Source of the DNA: Sporopachydermia quercuum
Lineage: Eukaryota
Length of the DNA: 64,000 bases
Direction: 5' to 3'
NCBI GenBank assembly: GCA_001599295.1
Contig: BCGN01000001.1
Location: 310,001-374,000, forward strand
Made by a program: the position numbers and the translations under genes. Below, piece after piece: positions 1 through 11,265 of the stretch. Position 1 is the stretch's first letter, and each line of letters starts with the position of its first letter. The notes beneath the pieces were generated by a model. It made no database searches, was not told the origin of the DNA, and worked only from the letters and a program-made list of their open reading frames with translations.

Positions 1-3
1 TCA

Positions 4-2700
4 ATGCTTGTTCGTCCACCACTTAGCACAGCATTGAAAATCAAGGAAACTGTTCTACCATGGATAGAAGAATTAATGTATACTTCGCTCTCAAGCAAAC
101 CAGCTTCTGCTGCTTCTAATCTACCGGGCTTCTCTTCCTTGTCAATAGTTTGTCTATGGACCCATATCACAGGATTACTGTCAAATTTCTCTTTGACTAA
201 CTGGCCAAATGTTCAGTTTAACTTACAATTCAAATTATCGTCATCAACGCTTGTTGCCAACGAGCTTCTTATTTACTCAAATATTCTCTCATATTGGGCT
301 TCTAATAATCAACAGTACTACTATTCAATTGATTCCAGTGATTATATTCTACTATTATTCAAGCATTTACTTGATAATAATAGTAAGCATTTGCATAGCT
401 ATTTGATTTCTTTGCAGGCAATTGATCCTAGTAATTTAATTTTAACAGGATTAGGCCTTGGGATAGGGAACACTATAGGAGGAACAGGGTCTCTTAGCAA
501 TGATCTCTCTTACAAAATGTTTAAGAGCAAAAGAAAGAAGATAGTATTGAAGATAGTATTCAACATTGCCAGAATTAGTCATAGAAGGGAAGAACAAGAA
601 TATGACAGAGCAAATAATGAGAATAGCGATAGCGATAGCAACAATAATATCAATGAGAAGTATAATCGATATCTGGTGAAATATATAAAGGAGCTGCTAA
701 AAGTGATCAATCATCATATTGTTATTAGCAATGGTAATGAAGTGATAGTCGAATTAAGAAAAGAGGTAACTGAAATTTTAAGTAATGGATGTGATGAATG
801 GGTTAAAAAAGAGATTGAGGATATTCAACAGGGATCTTCTTTGCCGTTATATGAAAAATGGAGAAAGTGGGTTAGAAACAGTAATGAGAAGGCTGTTATT
901 GCAAATGGATTTGAAGATAGAAGCAATGGGATTACTAATTCCAACAGAGATAGTACTAGGGATGATGGTCCTGTTGATACTATCAATAATGATAACTTCC
1001 AAGTACGTTCTGCCAGTAGCGATACTGTTTCTGTCGATCNTGCGAGCGAAAGGGCTAGTGTTAGTCATATCAACCGTGCTATCAATAGCACTGACCATAA
1101 CAATGAGAGCATTGCCAGAAAGATTAGATCATCTATTACTTCTCCTTTTCCTATTTATGTCTTTCAATTATACAATTTTATTATTGAAACAATAATAATA
1201 TATGAATCAAGCACCAATACAAACAATAAGATAAAGAACAACAGAACTTCAATTATTGATACGTTAATTAGTACAGTAATTGAAGCTATTCAATTATTGC
1301 ATAACGAAAACATCTATTCTCCAATTGCAATACTTAATCCACTAATTATTACAGCAAAATTAGTAATAACGAGAATATTCAAGCAACATAAGAATTTGAG
1401 CAGAATCTCAAATAAAAACAATTCTGACGGCAATAATTACAGTAATCATAACGGTAACAGGAATGACAGAGCCAATAAGAATAGACCAGAAAATTCAATC
1501 GATTGGTTAATTATATGTGTCTTACTGGGCAGTTTTAAAGAGCTACTTACTGGAGAAATTCTGAGGGTAAATGATGAATTGATATTGGTGGTCAATGATA
1601 TGATAGATGTTGGGTCATTGTTAGTTGAACATTTCGATAGTACTGGTGGTCTGGATAATAATAGTACTAACAGTATTAACATTAATGGCGTTGGTGTTGG
1701 GATGACTGCTTTTGGGAGCAATATTCCTTCAGATGACCCACTGGCTGCTGAAACAAATAATCACAATCTGAAAGTAATCACGATTGGCCATTTTTACAAC
1801 ACCATCAACACTTTTATTCATTTTCTGTCCAGCAATCAGAAGAAAGAGTTCGTTTCAAGGCACCAATATCTATTGGTACAAGCGGAGAAATTGTGTCTTT
1901 TGTATGAACATAAACCTTGGTATTTTGATATTTCCACGTTTAACATGGTTATGACTGTTGATAAAGCTGGAGTGGTGACTCCTAATACTACAAATACTAG
2001 TATTTCACGGAAAACGATTAACGATGCCTTTAATACTGAATTATTGAGCATAGTGAAAATTTATGAGCCTATCAGTAAAACTAACGAAGAAGATGCAATT
2101 AGATCTGCTTTTTCTCAGTTTGTTTTGTTTATTCGCGTGTTTTCTCAAATTGAGGGGAGAACTATGATAGATGGCAGGAGAAAGAAGGAAGAGAAGTTGA
2201 ATAGAAAAATGAGAAAAACTAGAGAAAAATTGGAAGATATTATAAGGAGAAGAAGCAGAATAAACTACATGTATAGAGGTAACAGTAACAACAACATTGT
2301 CAATGATAAAGAGGATAACGTTATTGAGAGTAATAGAGTCATAGAGCTAAGAGAGCGATCAGCTTGTTATGAGGCAACAGATTATACACAGCAGGAAGAT
2401 CATTTGTTAAACAGTGTAATCAAATATCTTATGAAACAACAAATTGGAAGTGAATTCTACCAAGAAATTCAATCAACAGAAGAAATGGTAGCTGATAATG
2501 AAGACAATAATGGCGACAATANTAGGCAAGAACCTGAAGAAGTAGATATACAGGAGGAACAAGAATTATACGATGAGTTGTTGCTACAAGAGCAAGAATT
2601 ACAACATAAATTACAAGATTTACAAAGACCCCAACAGGGAATAATTCATGAGGATGAAGTTAATAGTCTTGAGGGGGTATTTAATGATATTGTACTATAG
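4..2700 (+). CDS. Large helical-repeat protein, probably the C-terminal part of an Mms22/Mus7-family replication-repair factor; likely 5'-truncated by the window edge
   Basis: 898-aa ORF whose frame is open back to base 1. CLWTHITGLL..TNW, HSYLISLQAIDPSNLIL, FKSKRKKIVLKIVFNI and YIKELLKVI resemble the fungal Mus7/Mms22 C-terminal region by eye. Asn-rich linkers. Confidence 0.45.
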   Translation: MLVRPPLSTALKIKETVLPWIEELMYTSLSSKPASAASNLPGFSSLSIVCLWTHITGLLSNFSLTNWPNVQFNLQFKLSSSTLVANELLIYSNILSYWASNNQQYYYSIDSSDYILLLFKHLLDNNSKHLHSYLISLQAIDPSNLILTGLGLGIGNTIGGTGSLSNDLSYKMFKSKRKKIVLKIVFNIARISHRREEQEYDRANNENSDSDSNNNINEKYNRYLVKYIKELLKVINHHIVISNGNEVIVELRKEVTEILSNGCDEWVKKEIEDIQQGSSLPLYEKWRKWVRNSNEKAVIANGFEDRSNGITNSNRDSTRDDGPVDTINNDNFQVRSASSDTVSVDXASERASVSHINRAINSTDHNNESIARKIRSSITSPFPIYVFQLYNFIIETIIIYESSTNTNNKIKNNRTSIIDTLISTVIEAIQLLHNENIYSPIAILNPLIITAKLVITRIFKQHKNLSRISNKNNSDGNNYSNHNGNRNDRANKNRPENSIDWLIICVLLGSFKELLTGEILRVNDELILVVNDMIDVGSLLVEHFDSTGGLDNNSTNSININGVGVGMTAFGSNIPSDDPLAAETNNHNLKVITIGHFYNTINTFIHFLSSNQKKEFVSRHQYLLVQAEKLCLLYEHKPWYFDISTFNMVMTVDKAGVVTPNTTNTSISRKTINDAFNTELLSIVKIYEPISKTNEEDAIRSAFSQFVLFIRVFSQIEGRTMIDGRRKKEEKLNRKMRKTREKLEDIIRRRSRINYMYRGNSNNNIVNDKEDNVIESNRVIELRERSACYEATDYTQQEDHLLNSVIKYLMKQQIGSEFYQEIQSTEEMVADNEDNNGDNXRQEPEEVDIQEEQELYDELLLQEQELQHKLQDLQRPQQGIIHEDEVNSLEGVFNDIVL

Positions 2701-2723
2701 AAGTTTCATCTATTTGTTTATTA

Positions 2724-2758
2724 ATTTATTTATTTATTTATTATTATTATTATTATTA
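2724..2758. repeat. (ATTT)n/(TTA)n microsatellite in the 3' region of ORF1
   Basis: atttatttatttatttattattattattattatta. Confidence 0.9.
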
Positions 2759-3293
2759 GTATATTTTTAAACGTAGATTGAACTTATTTTGCAGAAAGAA
2801 TAGACACTATTATTGGTTGTATCATTTATTTTGACAGGAGTTGGAAGTTAGGAAGTTGCAAACTATCGTAACATTACCTTAATCAGTTGCTTTTATTGCC
2901 GTCGTATGATCATTAGTTTTTATAATCGCATTACAAAAACTATAGCCGTGTTCTATTAAGAGTTGCGTGCAAAAAAAATTAAAATATTGCACATAGAATA
3001 CTATAATTTTGAACTTATTTCAACATAAATTATCATTTATGCTGAGCACTAATTACAATCAATCGCATTCCCATAATTATTTCTATTGACAAGTTTTCAA
3101 CAGCAAAAAAACATGTCACCCCTCCTACAATAATTCCTTGTTAATTTTGCCATATATTGGTTTACTAAACCACATTCATTCACATAATCATCATTACCGG
3201 TCATTCATACCTAAATTTCAAATAACGTGAAAAGTGGTTCATCTCCTTTTCTTCTAGTACTATTATCATTACCTATTATTTGCCTTCCGTCTT

Positions 3294-5042
3294 CTATTCC
3301 TTTCTAGTTTCGTCAATCACTACAGCTTTCTGAGCTTTCAAAATCTTTACCTCAGCTTCTAATTTATCAGCTTGGCGTTTAGCTTCCAGTAGCACGTTTA
3401 TTGTTTGCAAGAAATTCTCAAATTTCGCAATTGTCTTACTGGTGGGCATTATAGGTTTCGGGGGTAAATTCAACTCTGCTAGTACAGTATTGATTTTATT
3501 TTGTAATGTAGGCTTAAACGTTGTTATCTTGCTTGATCTGAATTGGACACCAGGCGATAACTTATCATGGAAAGCAATTCCGAAGGCTGTTTCTTCCTGA
3601 GGAGTAAGCTTTTTGCTCAGTAGCTGAGAAACTAATGATGGCTCTTCTTGTTGAGGGGTAGATTCCGTTTTACGTGCTTTACTGTTAGCCGTGGCAACAG
3701 AGGAAGAATTGCTACTGTCGATTGCAGAAGTATTGTTGTTGGCATTTTCATTAGCGCCTACAAGATCATTAGCATCAGCCGAAGCACTTGCGTTCTCAGT
3801 TTTCACCTTTTCATCTTCCTTCTTATCCTTTCTATCTGACTTCTCTTTCTTGACCTTCGTGGACCCTCCTTTATCCTTATCGTCTAAGGCAGCATTAATA
3901 GAAGAAGCCTTTCGTTTTCTAGCTGCTGCCGCAGCAACATTGACGTTAGCCCCTGAGCTTGTAGAACTGCTACTTGAACCACCTGTAGCATTATTAGCTC
4001 CTCCACTACTCATGAGTGTATCAATAAGTTGCTGAAGACCATTGCTTGTTAGGTACTGTGAAATTGAGCCATTGGCCTGTGGAGAGTCCAAAAAGCTGAG
4101 CAAAGCAGCTCTTTCTTGTACAGTTTTCTTAGCAGCAAGCTCAAATCGCCTTGATTCTATCATCAATGATTCCTCTTCTGCTATTTCTGCCGGTGACCGA
4201 GCAAGTAGTCTTTCCAGGTACTTTTTTCTCGTGATTTCTTTCTCCTTATCAAACTGGAGTGCTTTCAAAAGCTCTGTCTCCTGTGGCGACCAGGGCATTC
4301 CTTTAGTATGACTAGCTTCTGTTATNGTCTTACAAATAATTAAGAAGCACTCTTTGAGGTCTTCGATATTGCGCGGTGGCCTTGGAGGGGTTTCAGTATT
4401 TGAGATTTCCGTTTTGATATTATCTACTTCCGTTTTTTCTTCCAATTTATTTGTATCTGACTGTACTCCTGCTTCACTTTCAATTTCTTTTGTGACATTT
4501 TTCCTCTCTCTATCTTCAGAACCTTTGCCATAAGCATATCGGTCATGAATCACAATCCATCGCAAATCGAACCTTCTACACAAATCAAATAAATATTTCG
4601 CTTCTTCGTAACTCCATTCGTTTNTACTTATTACATCAAGCTTTTCTAAGTGCTCTCTGTACTGTTTCTCATCAAATATCGGAAATGTTATGCTCTGATT
4701 ATATTGTTCAAACAAATACTTGTTATTCTGTTCACTGTTCGAGTCTGAGGCCAAATCAACAGTTCCCTTCACCCAGTGATGCAATTCAAGTCCGTCTTCA
4801 CGAACTCCGTTTGTAAAAGGAGCCCAATTCCAAGGAGTGACCTTTTTCACTAGATTCAATCTTTCTTTGTATCTGCTGTGTGGTTGATAGATTGCAGAAG
4901 GTGTGTTTTCTCCTAACAATGCAAAGAGCTCTCTTTGCATTACGTCTGATTTTTTTTGAGGAAGTTCATGTCTAAGCTTTTTCTTTGGTGGCTCATCATT
5001 GCGGGCTTTGATGTTTAACACATCAAATATATCAGATGACAT
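3294..5042 (-). CDS. SWC4: SWR1/NuA4 subunit Swc4/Eaf2 (DMAP1 family, SANT domain)
   Basis: MSSDIFDVLNI start, MQRELFALLGENTP, WNWAPFTN..R.DGLELHHWVK, SANT WSYEEAKYLFDLCRRFDLRWIVIHDRY, YLERLLARSPAEIAEEE. The ATG is at 5042; the track start at 5123 is TTG. Confidence 0.95.
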   Translation of the reverse strand: MSSDIFDVLNIKARNDEPPKKKLRHELPQKKSDVMQRELFALLGENTPSAIYQPHSRYKERLNLVKKVTPWNWAPFTNGVREDGLELHHWVKGTVDLASDSNSEQNNKYLFEQYNQSITFPIFDEKQYREHLEKLDVISXNEWSYEEAKYLFDLCRRFDLRWIVIHDRYAYGKGSEDRERKNVTKEIESEAGVQSDTNKLEEKTEVDNIKTEISNTETPPRPPRNIEDLKECFLIICKXITEASHTKGMPWSPQETELLKALQFDKEKEITRKKYLERLLARSPAEIAEEESLMIESRRFELAAKKTVQERAALLSFLDSPQANGSISQYLTSNGLQQLIDTLMSSGGANNATGGSSSSSTSSGANVNVAAAAARKRKASSINAALDDKDKGGSTKVKKEKSDRKDKKEDEKVKTENASASADANDLVGANENANNNTSAIDSSNSSSVATANSKARKTESTPQQEEPSLVSQLLSKKLTPQEETAFGIAFHDKLSPGVQFRSSKITTFKPTLQNKINTVLAELNLPPKPIMPTSKTIAKFENFLQTINVLLEAKRQADKLEAEVKILKAQKAVVIDETRKE

Positions 5043-5976
5043 CTTGGAATATATTGTAGAACTGCAAAAACATTGAATAGTAGGTAATGCAGAGGTAGCC
5101 TGGAAAAGTCTGACAAGATGCAACTAGAGAATAAAAACCTCTAGCTAAGTTTAAACCGCTATTCCCAGTATTTTTATCGATGGGGTCTATGCCAAGAATG
5201 TTGATATAAAGAAATATATATCAAACCAGGAGACAATGTGAGGAAAAGAGAGCAAACACCACACAGCAAATTTAGTAAAGTGTGACTGGGATGAGATGCA
5301 ATGTTCAAATATTGTAAGTTTGTGGGAACAGTTGTGTGGGTGTAACATGGGATCTTTGGAAGTAATTTTAGATGATGTAAGCCAAAACTCTTCACCACTT
5401 TCAGTCCTTTGGGTTTGTAGGTCCGGAATAACGATATCAACAAAATAGGATCTCCACAAACCTACAAACCAGATATCACAGATATAATTAATTACCACAA
5501 AACACAAATGCACAGAAAAAGCATTCAATAAATCTCCTCTGGTTCTACCTCCTCTGTTATTTCTATTAACTTCAGCATCAAGGGATTGGTAACGGCTTAT
5601 ATCAAGCAACAATCAAGTATTAAACTCCACATTATCATTGATCTGCTAGCTAGTGAGAACAGTTGGAGAGACCTTCTGGGAGCAGGGAATGTAAACAGCG
5701 AGCTGTCGCTACCTGCGCCTTGAATAACTTTCTGTTGTACTACTATCCTCACTGGTTATTTCTATTTACCTTATATACTAGTTATTTGATATGATCTGTT
5801 TGCGACAGAAATCTTAGTGGGCAATTGAGATATACTTTTCATACATTGCATATCAGCAGTATACACATCTACGCAGTATTTACACTTCAAATAAGCTATT
5901 TGCAAAATAAATACTACGGATCAGCAGCCAGTCGCANATCTATTGCTATTCCAACTCCTATCCACACGCATTATCC

Positions 5977-8466
5977 ATGTCAGGCCTCAAAAGAACAAGA
6001 ATCCGACCACCTCGGAAAAACCTAGGTGGAGAAATTGACTTCAAAGCAGCGTGGGATATCCTCTCTTCAGCTATTCGTGAAATCCAAAGGAAAAACGCTT
6101 CTAAACTATCTTTTGAGCAACTTTATCGTACAGCATACACTTTAGTATTGAGAAAGCATGGGAAACAACTATATGAAAGTGTTTTAAGCCAGGTTTCTCA
6201 GCATTTGCTACGTGTTCGGAAAGATCAATTGTTACCTTTGGTCCGGAAATCTGGCGCGTACGATTTAGACCATGCAAATGTGTTTTTAAGAACAGTTCGA
6301 GATATTTGGGAAGATCATACGATATCCATGCGTATGATCAGTGATGTTTTGATGTATTTAGATAGGACTTACTGTAAGGAAAACAGGACTCCCCTGGTAT
6401 ACGATGCAAGCATGTCGGTATTTAGAGATAAAGTCATTCGAGAGGAACGCAATACAATTATGCAGTTTATCAATTTAGTGATCATCTCAGAAATCACTAG
6501 AGACCGTGATGGAGAAGTGGTTGACAAATTACTTATTAAGTCAGTGATCAATATGATTGAATCCTTGCCAGAGGATTCCAACAGCGAGTTTGAGAACGTT
6601 TATTTTGAATCATTTGAAGGACCTTTTTTAGATGAAAGCACAGCGTATTATCGTTCGAAAGCTAATGGTCTACTTGAGAGTAACGATGCTACTATTTACT
6701 TTCGTAAGGTGAAAGATTGGTTACAAGCAGAGGAAAACAGAGCTACATTGTATCTTCCAGAAACAACACTAGCGAAACTACGATACCAAATTGAAACAGA
6801 ACTCATAACAAACAACGCGCAAAAAGTAATGGAACTGAGAGGCAGTGGTTTGGCTTTCCTGGTGGAGAATAGCAAATACGACGACCTCCAATTGGTGTAC
6901 AATCTATTGCAACGAGTAGATCCACAGGGAAAGCTCTTGGGATACCAAATAGCAGGGTTGATTCTTGCTTCTGGAGACGAAATTAACAAGTCTGCTGAAA
7001 CTCAGATCACCCAGCTGAGGCTGCAGAAATCTACTCCCAAGGATAAGAAGAATAGTAGTCATAACAACAACGGTAGTGGCAATTTATCTCCTACTAGTAT
7101 AGTCATCCAATGGGTTATCGACGTCCTTGCATTACGTAAAAAGTATGATGTGATATTCCATAAGTGCTTTCACAGCAACAAAGATATGCAAGTGAGTATA
7201 GAAAAACCATTCACTGAATTCATCAATAGAAACGACAAAGTATCAGAGTATCTTTCATTGTTCATTGATGAAAACATGAAGAAAACATTCAAAGGCAAGT
7301 CAGAGGAAGAAATTGAAGCCTGTTTATCAGATGCTATTCTCCTCTTCAGATTTATAGCCGATAAAGACTTGTTTGAACGTTATTATAAAAACCATCTTGC
7401 CCGAAGACTTATCACTGGTAAAATGATATCTGAAGATGCAGAACGTAACATGATCGGTAAAATCAAGCTGGAAGTNGGCACATCGTTTACCTCTAAGCTA
7501 GAAGCAATGTTTAAAGATCTCAGAGTATCGTCAGACCTGTGTGATGAGTTTAAAGGACTCTCGTTGGCAGAATGGGACAAATCAACTGGTAAAAAGCCTG
7601 TGGAGTTGAAAATAGACGTGCTGACATCAAATTTCTGGCCAATGAATGCTCCCCAGGGAGCAAACAAAATCATATATCCACCACAACTTGAAGATATTAG
7701 GAGTAAGTTTGCTGCGTTTTATGGCAAGCGACACAGTGGCAGAGTCCTGACGTTTGCTCCTAACCATGGCACAGTAGATGTGAAAATAGTGTTCAAGAAA
7801 AGGTCCCACGAGATAAATATGCCCGTGTACGCATTCATCATAATGAGCCTATTTGCGGATCTTGGTGCGCATGAGTCACTGAGCTTTGAGGATATTGAAA
7901 CTGGAACCAATATTCCCCGTCAGGATCTAGTGCGGCAGTTGCAGTCCCTAGCAGTGGCTTCACGAACACGGTTACTGGTGAAAGAACCGAAATCCAAAGA
8001 TATCAAAGCTGGAGATCGGTTTTACTTCAATAGCGGGTTCGAAAGTCCTACAGTGAAAGTAAAGGTTCTGTCTGTATCATTAGCATCTTCAGTAGCAGCT
8101 TCTGCAGCAGCCAAAGGAAATAGTTCTGGTGGTAGCTCTAGAGCAGATATTGCTGCAGGCGATGGCTCTAGCGCAGGAATCGGTGCTAATGGTACAGCAA
8201 GGTTGGAAGATGATATGGAAAGAGGGCAGACTCTAGCAGCTATCCAGCAATCTAGAAGCTTTGAAACAGACGCAGCTATTGTAAGAGTAATGAAAAGCAG
8301 GAAACAGCTCAGTCATAATGATTTGATGGGTGAAGTGATCAAGTTGTTGAACTCTCGTTTCAAACCATCGCCACTAATGATTAAACAGCGGATACAGATA
8401 CTGTTGGAAAAGGAGTATTTGGAACGTGATAGAGACGATAGGGCTTTATACAGGTATTTGGCATAG
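5977..8466 (+). CDS. CUL3: Cullin-3
   Basis: LSFEQLYRTAYTLVLRKHG, LMYLDRTY, DKDLFERYYKNHLARRL, and the neddylation motif DAAIVRVMKSRK with C-terminal LEKEYLER..Y.YLA. Divergent from SWC4, as in S. cerevisiae. Confidence 0.95.
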   Translation: MSGLKRTRIRPPRKNLGGEIDFKAAWDILSSAIREIQRKNASKLSFEQLYRTAYTLVLRKHGKQLYESVLSQVSQHLLRVRKDQLLPLVRKSGAYDLDHANVFLRTVRDIWEDHTISMRMISDVLMYLDRTYCKENRTPLVYDASMSVFRDKVIREERNTIMQFINLVIISEITRDRDGEVVDKLLIKSVINMIESLPEDSNSEFENVYFESFEGPFLDESTAYYRSKANGLLESNDATIYFRKVKDWLQAEENRATLYLPETTLAKLRYQIETELITNNAQKVMELRGSGLAFLVENSKYDDLQLVYNLLQRVDPQGKLLGYQIAGLILASGDEINKSAETQITQLRLQKSTPKDKKNSSHNNNGSGNLSPTSIVIQWVIDVLALRKKYDVIFHKCFHSNKDMQVSIEKPFTEFINRNDKVSEYLSLFIDENMKKTFKGKSEEEIEACLSDAILLFRFIADKDLFERYYKNHLARRLITGKMISEDAERNMIGKIKLEXGTSFTSKLEAMFKDLRVSSDLCDEFKGLSLAEWDKSTGKKPVELKIDVLTSNFWPMNAPQGANKIIYPPQLEDIRSKFAAFYGKRHSGRVLTFAPNHGTVDVKIVFKKRSHEINMPVYAFIIMSLFADLGAHESLSFEDIETGTNIPRQDLVRQLQSLAVASRTRLLVKEPKSKDIKAGDRFYFNSGFESPTVKVKVLSVSLASSVAASAAAKGNSSGGSSRADIAAGDGSSAGIGANGTARLEDDMERGQTLAAIQQSRSFETDAAIVRVMKSRKQLSHNDLMGEVIKLLNSRFKPSPLMIKQRIQILLEKEYLERDRDDRALYRYLA

Positions 8467-8766
8467 GCATTTTGATGTTACTATGGGAGTCTGTTTAGGC
8501 GTCGTAGTTACTTTGGTTACATTTTGAACCAAGAAACGTTATTTCAAGCGGAATAGTTTTAACTATGTGGTGGCATGAACAGAATGGGTGCTGTGTTTGT
8601 AAGCAGGTGCATTGTGTGAACCTGAAGTCTGAACCTCAATTGTCGACTCAATTTATGATAGATATAAATTCAATTTAACTGATGTTGGTAAAGAATGNTG
8701 ATTTGAATTGTCAACAATGACTTTCCCTTTCCATAAGATTATTATTCTCTGTTATATGAAATAATT

Positions 8767-9095
8767 GCATGGTAAAAGGATGAAAGTATCATTGAACTGA
8801 TGATCTCACTACAATACATCTAGTTCTTATAGGGAATGCCTGTATCCGATTGATGTTCAACAATCGTTTATCTTTGAAATGACTAGGGTTAAGACTTAAG
8901 ATAGGCTGTTGTAGAACGATTACTGCCCGGCGATTCTCCATAACTGGTGAATAATCACCAATTGGGTTTTATAGGAAAATGAATATGTGTGAATGAATAT
9001 TCAACTGTTTTTACAACAAGATTAACGCTTGNACTCATAAGTACCGTTTGGGTCAATTATTATCAGACTTTGTAGAAGGAAAGGCCTACTGGTTT
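8767..9095 (+). mobile_element. Degenerate non-LTR (LINE-like) retrotransposon RT fossil, domains 1-3
   Basis: Hand translation gives AW*KDESIIEL (8767), SSSYR...PI (8819-8851), VERLL..P*LVNNHQLGFIGK*IC (8911-8988) and LSDF(VEG)KAY (9060-9089). Order and the ~41-codon Q-to-KAY spacing fit the consensus W..I.LI / YRPI / QxGFxxxR / DFxKAYD. Confidence 0.65.
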
Positions 9096-9460
9096 TAATT
9101 GGATGTCAACTGAGAGTAAGAAAATCAACATGCGAAATATGGAATAACATGGGAATAGTCCTATTTTTTTTATTTTCATGAATTATCTTCACCTCTGATG
9201 TTTCCCACATCTAGTTATACCATAATTAGTTGTGAAAATACAGTCAGTATAGTCAAATTCATATTGGATATTCTATTATCTCATGTATACCTTTTCATTA
9301 CAGCATCTACACTAATAAGTACACTCATCATCCATTAGATTTACTAAAAATATTCATCCCTCATATTTCCTCATTCTCATCTCATTTCGCATACTATTAA
9401 ATCTAGTTTCCTTCAGCTCCAATGNGTTTTTATTACATCGCTTGATTCTTTTTTTAGTTA

Positions 9461-10744
9461 TCAATTGCTTTCTCCGAATGACAGGGAGCTCTTCTTACGG
9501 CGGTCCACTTGCTCCATGAAAACTCTTTCCCGTCTCAAATCCCGTAAAAACAAATCCCGTTCCAATCGCCAAAATTCCTGCTTATCTTTCAGATGTACTA
9601 TCTTTTCATCAACATCAACATCTTCTCCCCCTGACGTGGTGGGTCCTATCTTCAAGAAAGAAGGATTCCACGACCATATATTCTTTCCACTATTGCTATT
9701 GTTAACATGNTGATGATGAGTCTTGATCATTGCCAAATAAGGACGTTTATAATCTGAGCATCGCCTTCTAAGTCTTTCATTCATAGATAAGATTCCTGGA
9801 AGATTATTTACTGNATAACTAGAGAATGACCTTGATCTTCTACCTCTGACATAAGGATAACCAACGTTATACTTTTTATTAGGATCATAATCATTAGGAA
9901 TAGCTAGTTGTAGTTCTTGAGGATGCGCAATATTTTGTAGCAGGAGTCTCTCATTATTGCCTTCCAATGGGTCATCAGCAGAGCTTGGTAACATGCTGCT
10001 AGTTTTTCTGAATGCTCTGAGGAACTTCAATGATGAAGGAGAAAGCAATGGAAATTTCATATTAGTTTGGCTCGTAGAGAACCACGCGGGGTATTTCAAT
10101 CTTAGTGATACATTATTGCCTAGTAGTTTGGTGATTTCGTTGTTATTATCGTCAGAGTCTGTCTCTGATTCTTTTATGACATAAGGATGTGAAAGTTCTA
10201 ATGCAAATGGTGATTCTCTTGGTAATTTTCCTTCTGACAATGATAGCGAGCGAAACTTCGGTCTTCTTGTTGATACAGCAGAGGAAGATGATCTTCTTCT
10301 TCGCACGGGAGATAATAAAGTATTTGTAGCACTATTAACACTGATGCTAGCATTATGATTAGCATTGTCAGAATGAAGATGAACTATACTGTCATCAATA
10401 CTAATACCACCGGGAATTTGTTGTAAGCTATTAGAGTCAGTTCTAACATTTTGCACAGCACGATCAAGCCGTGCTTGCTCTATCTTGAGCTTCCGTAGCA
10501 TTCGGGCATCTTGATTTTCTTGTCGTATTCTCTCTTCATGCTTCAATGTGTTTAGGGAAGATGTGATTCCAGAGGGAACAGAAGGAAGAATGTGCGGGTT
10601 TCTAACGAAACGATCTACTGCTGTTTGGGGTATAGGAGATTTCGGTAGTGATTCTGATGATTGAGAGAAAGAGGTTGGCTTGGTGAAAGTTGGAGAGTTC
10701 GGAGCTGAGAGGGAACTTAACTGTCGGCTATAAGAAAAACTCAT
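9461..10744 (-). CDS. Unrecognised Ser/Arg-rich protein (427 aa)
   Basis: Long ATG-initiated ORF with predicted coiled-coil segments and RRxS-type motifs. No family recognised. Confidence 0.75.
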   Translation of the reverse strand: MSFSYSRQLSSLSAPNSPTFTKPTSFSQSSESLPKSPIPQTAVDRFVRNPHILPSVPSGITSSLNTLKHEERIRQENQDARMLRKLKIEQARLDRAVQNVRTDSNSLQQIPGGISIDDSIVHLHSDNANHNASISVNSATNTLLSPVRRRRSSSSAVSTRRPKFRSLSLSEGKLPRESPFALELSHPYVIKESETDSDDNNNEITKLLGNNVSLRLKYPAWFSTSQTNMKFPLLSPSSLKFLRAFRKTSSMLPSSADDPLEGNNERLLLQNIAHPQELQLAIPNDYDPNKKYNVGYPYVRGRRSRSFSSYXVNNLPGILSMNERLRRRCSDYKRPYLAMIKTHHXHVNNSNSGKNIWSWNPSFLKIGPTTSGGEDVDVDEKIVHLKDKQEFWRLERDLFLRDLRRERVFMEQVDRRKKSSLSFGESN

Positions 10745-10860
10745 TTTGCGGATTTTGAAGTGTGAGGGGTTGAAATATGTCGCCTGTTTATGACTTTTTA
10801 CTGTTATTGGTGATTTACTTTGCGTTTAAATGATTTTATGGTTATTACTTCGTACTACAC

Positions 10861-11265
10861 CTTCTTGCTGATTTAGTAGTTGCTCACCAAATTGATAGCT
10901 TCGAGAAAACTTGACTACTTCGTTTGAGTAATTGTTATCACATATAGGAGGTAAGACTCAAGCTCTTCTAAATGCATACAAAGTCTTAGTATGGTTCTCT
11001 TTATATTTATTTGCTTAAGCTGCTAATTCTTTTTGCAATTGTTGTTTGATTTTTATAGTCGCACTTGGTGTCTGATGAGATATCCACTCTTTCCTATATC
11101 ATAATCATGGCATTCCAGTTGGAAGCTTTGTAGACTCGTGTTCTTGAGAGGACTATGAGTACTTCTCGACTAAGTCTTAGGTGAATAATGCGAACAGCTG
11201 AACACTGCTTCACTATGTTACTATTCAAAGGAATATGCTGTGAAATGCTTTGTTTACTTAATGCT
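10861..11265 (+). mobile_element. Degenerate LINE-like RT fossil, domains 2-5
   Basis: LLADLVVAHQIDSFEK (10861), SK-AYKVLVWFSL (10967-11003), NHGIPVGS (11103-11126), FKGI..VKCFVYL (11224-11260). These correspond to QxGF, KAYD.V.W, GxPQGS and the approach to YxDD. Confidence 0.5.
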
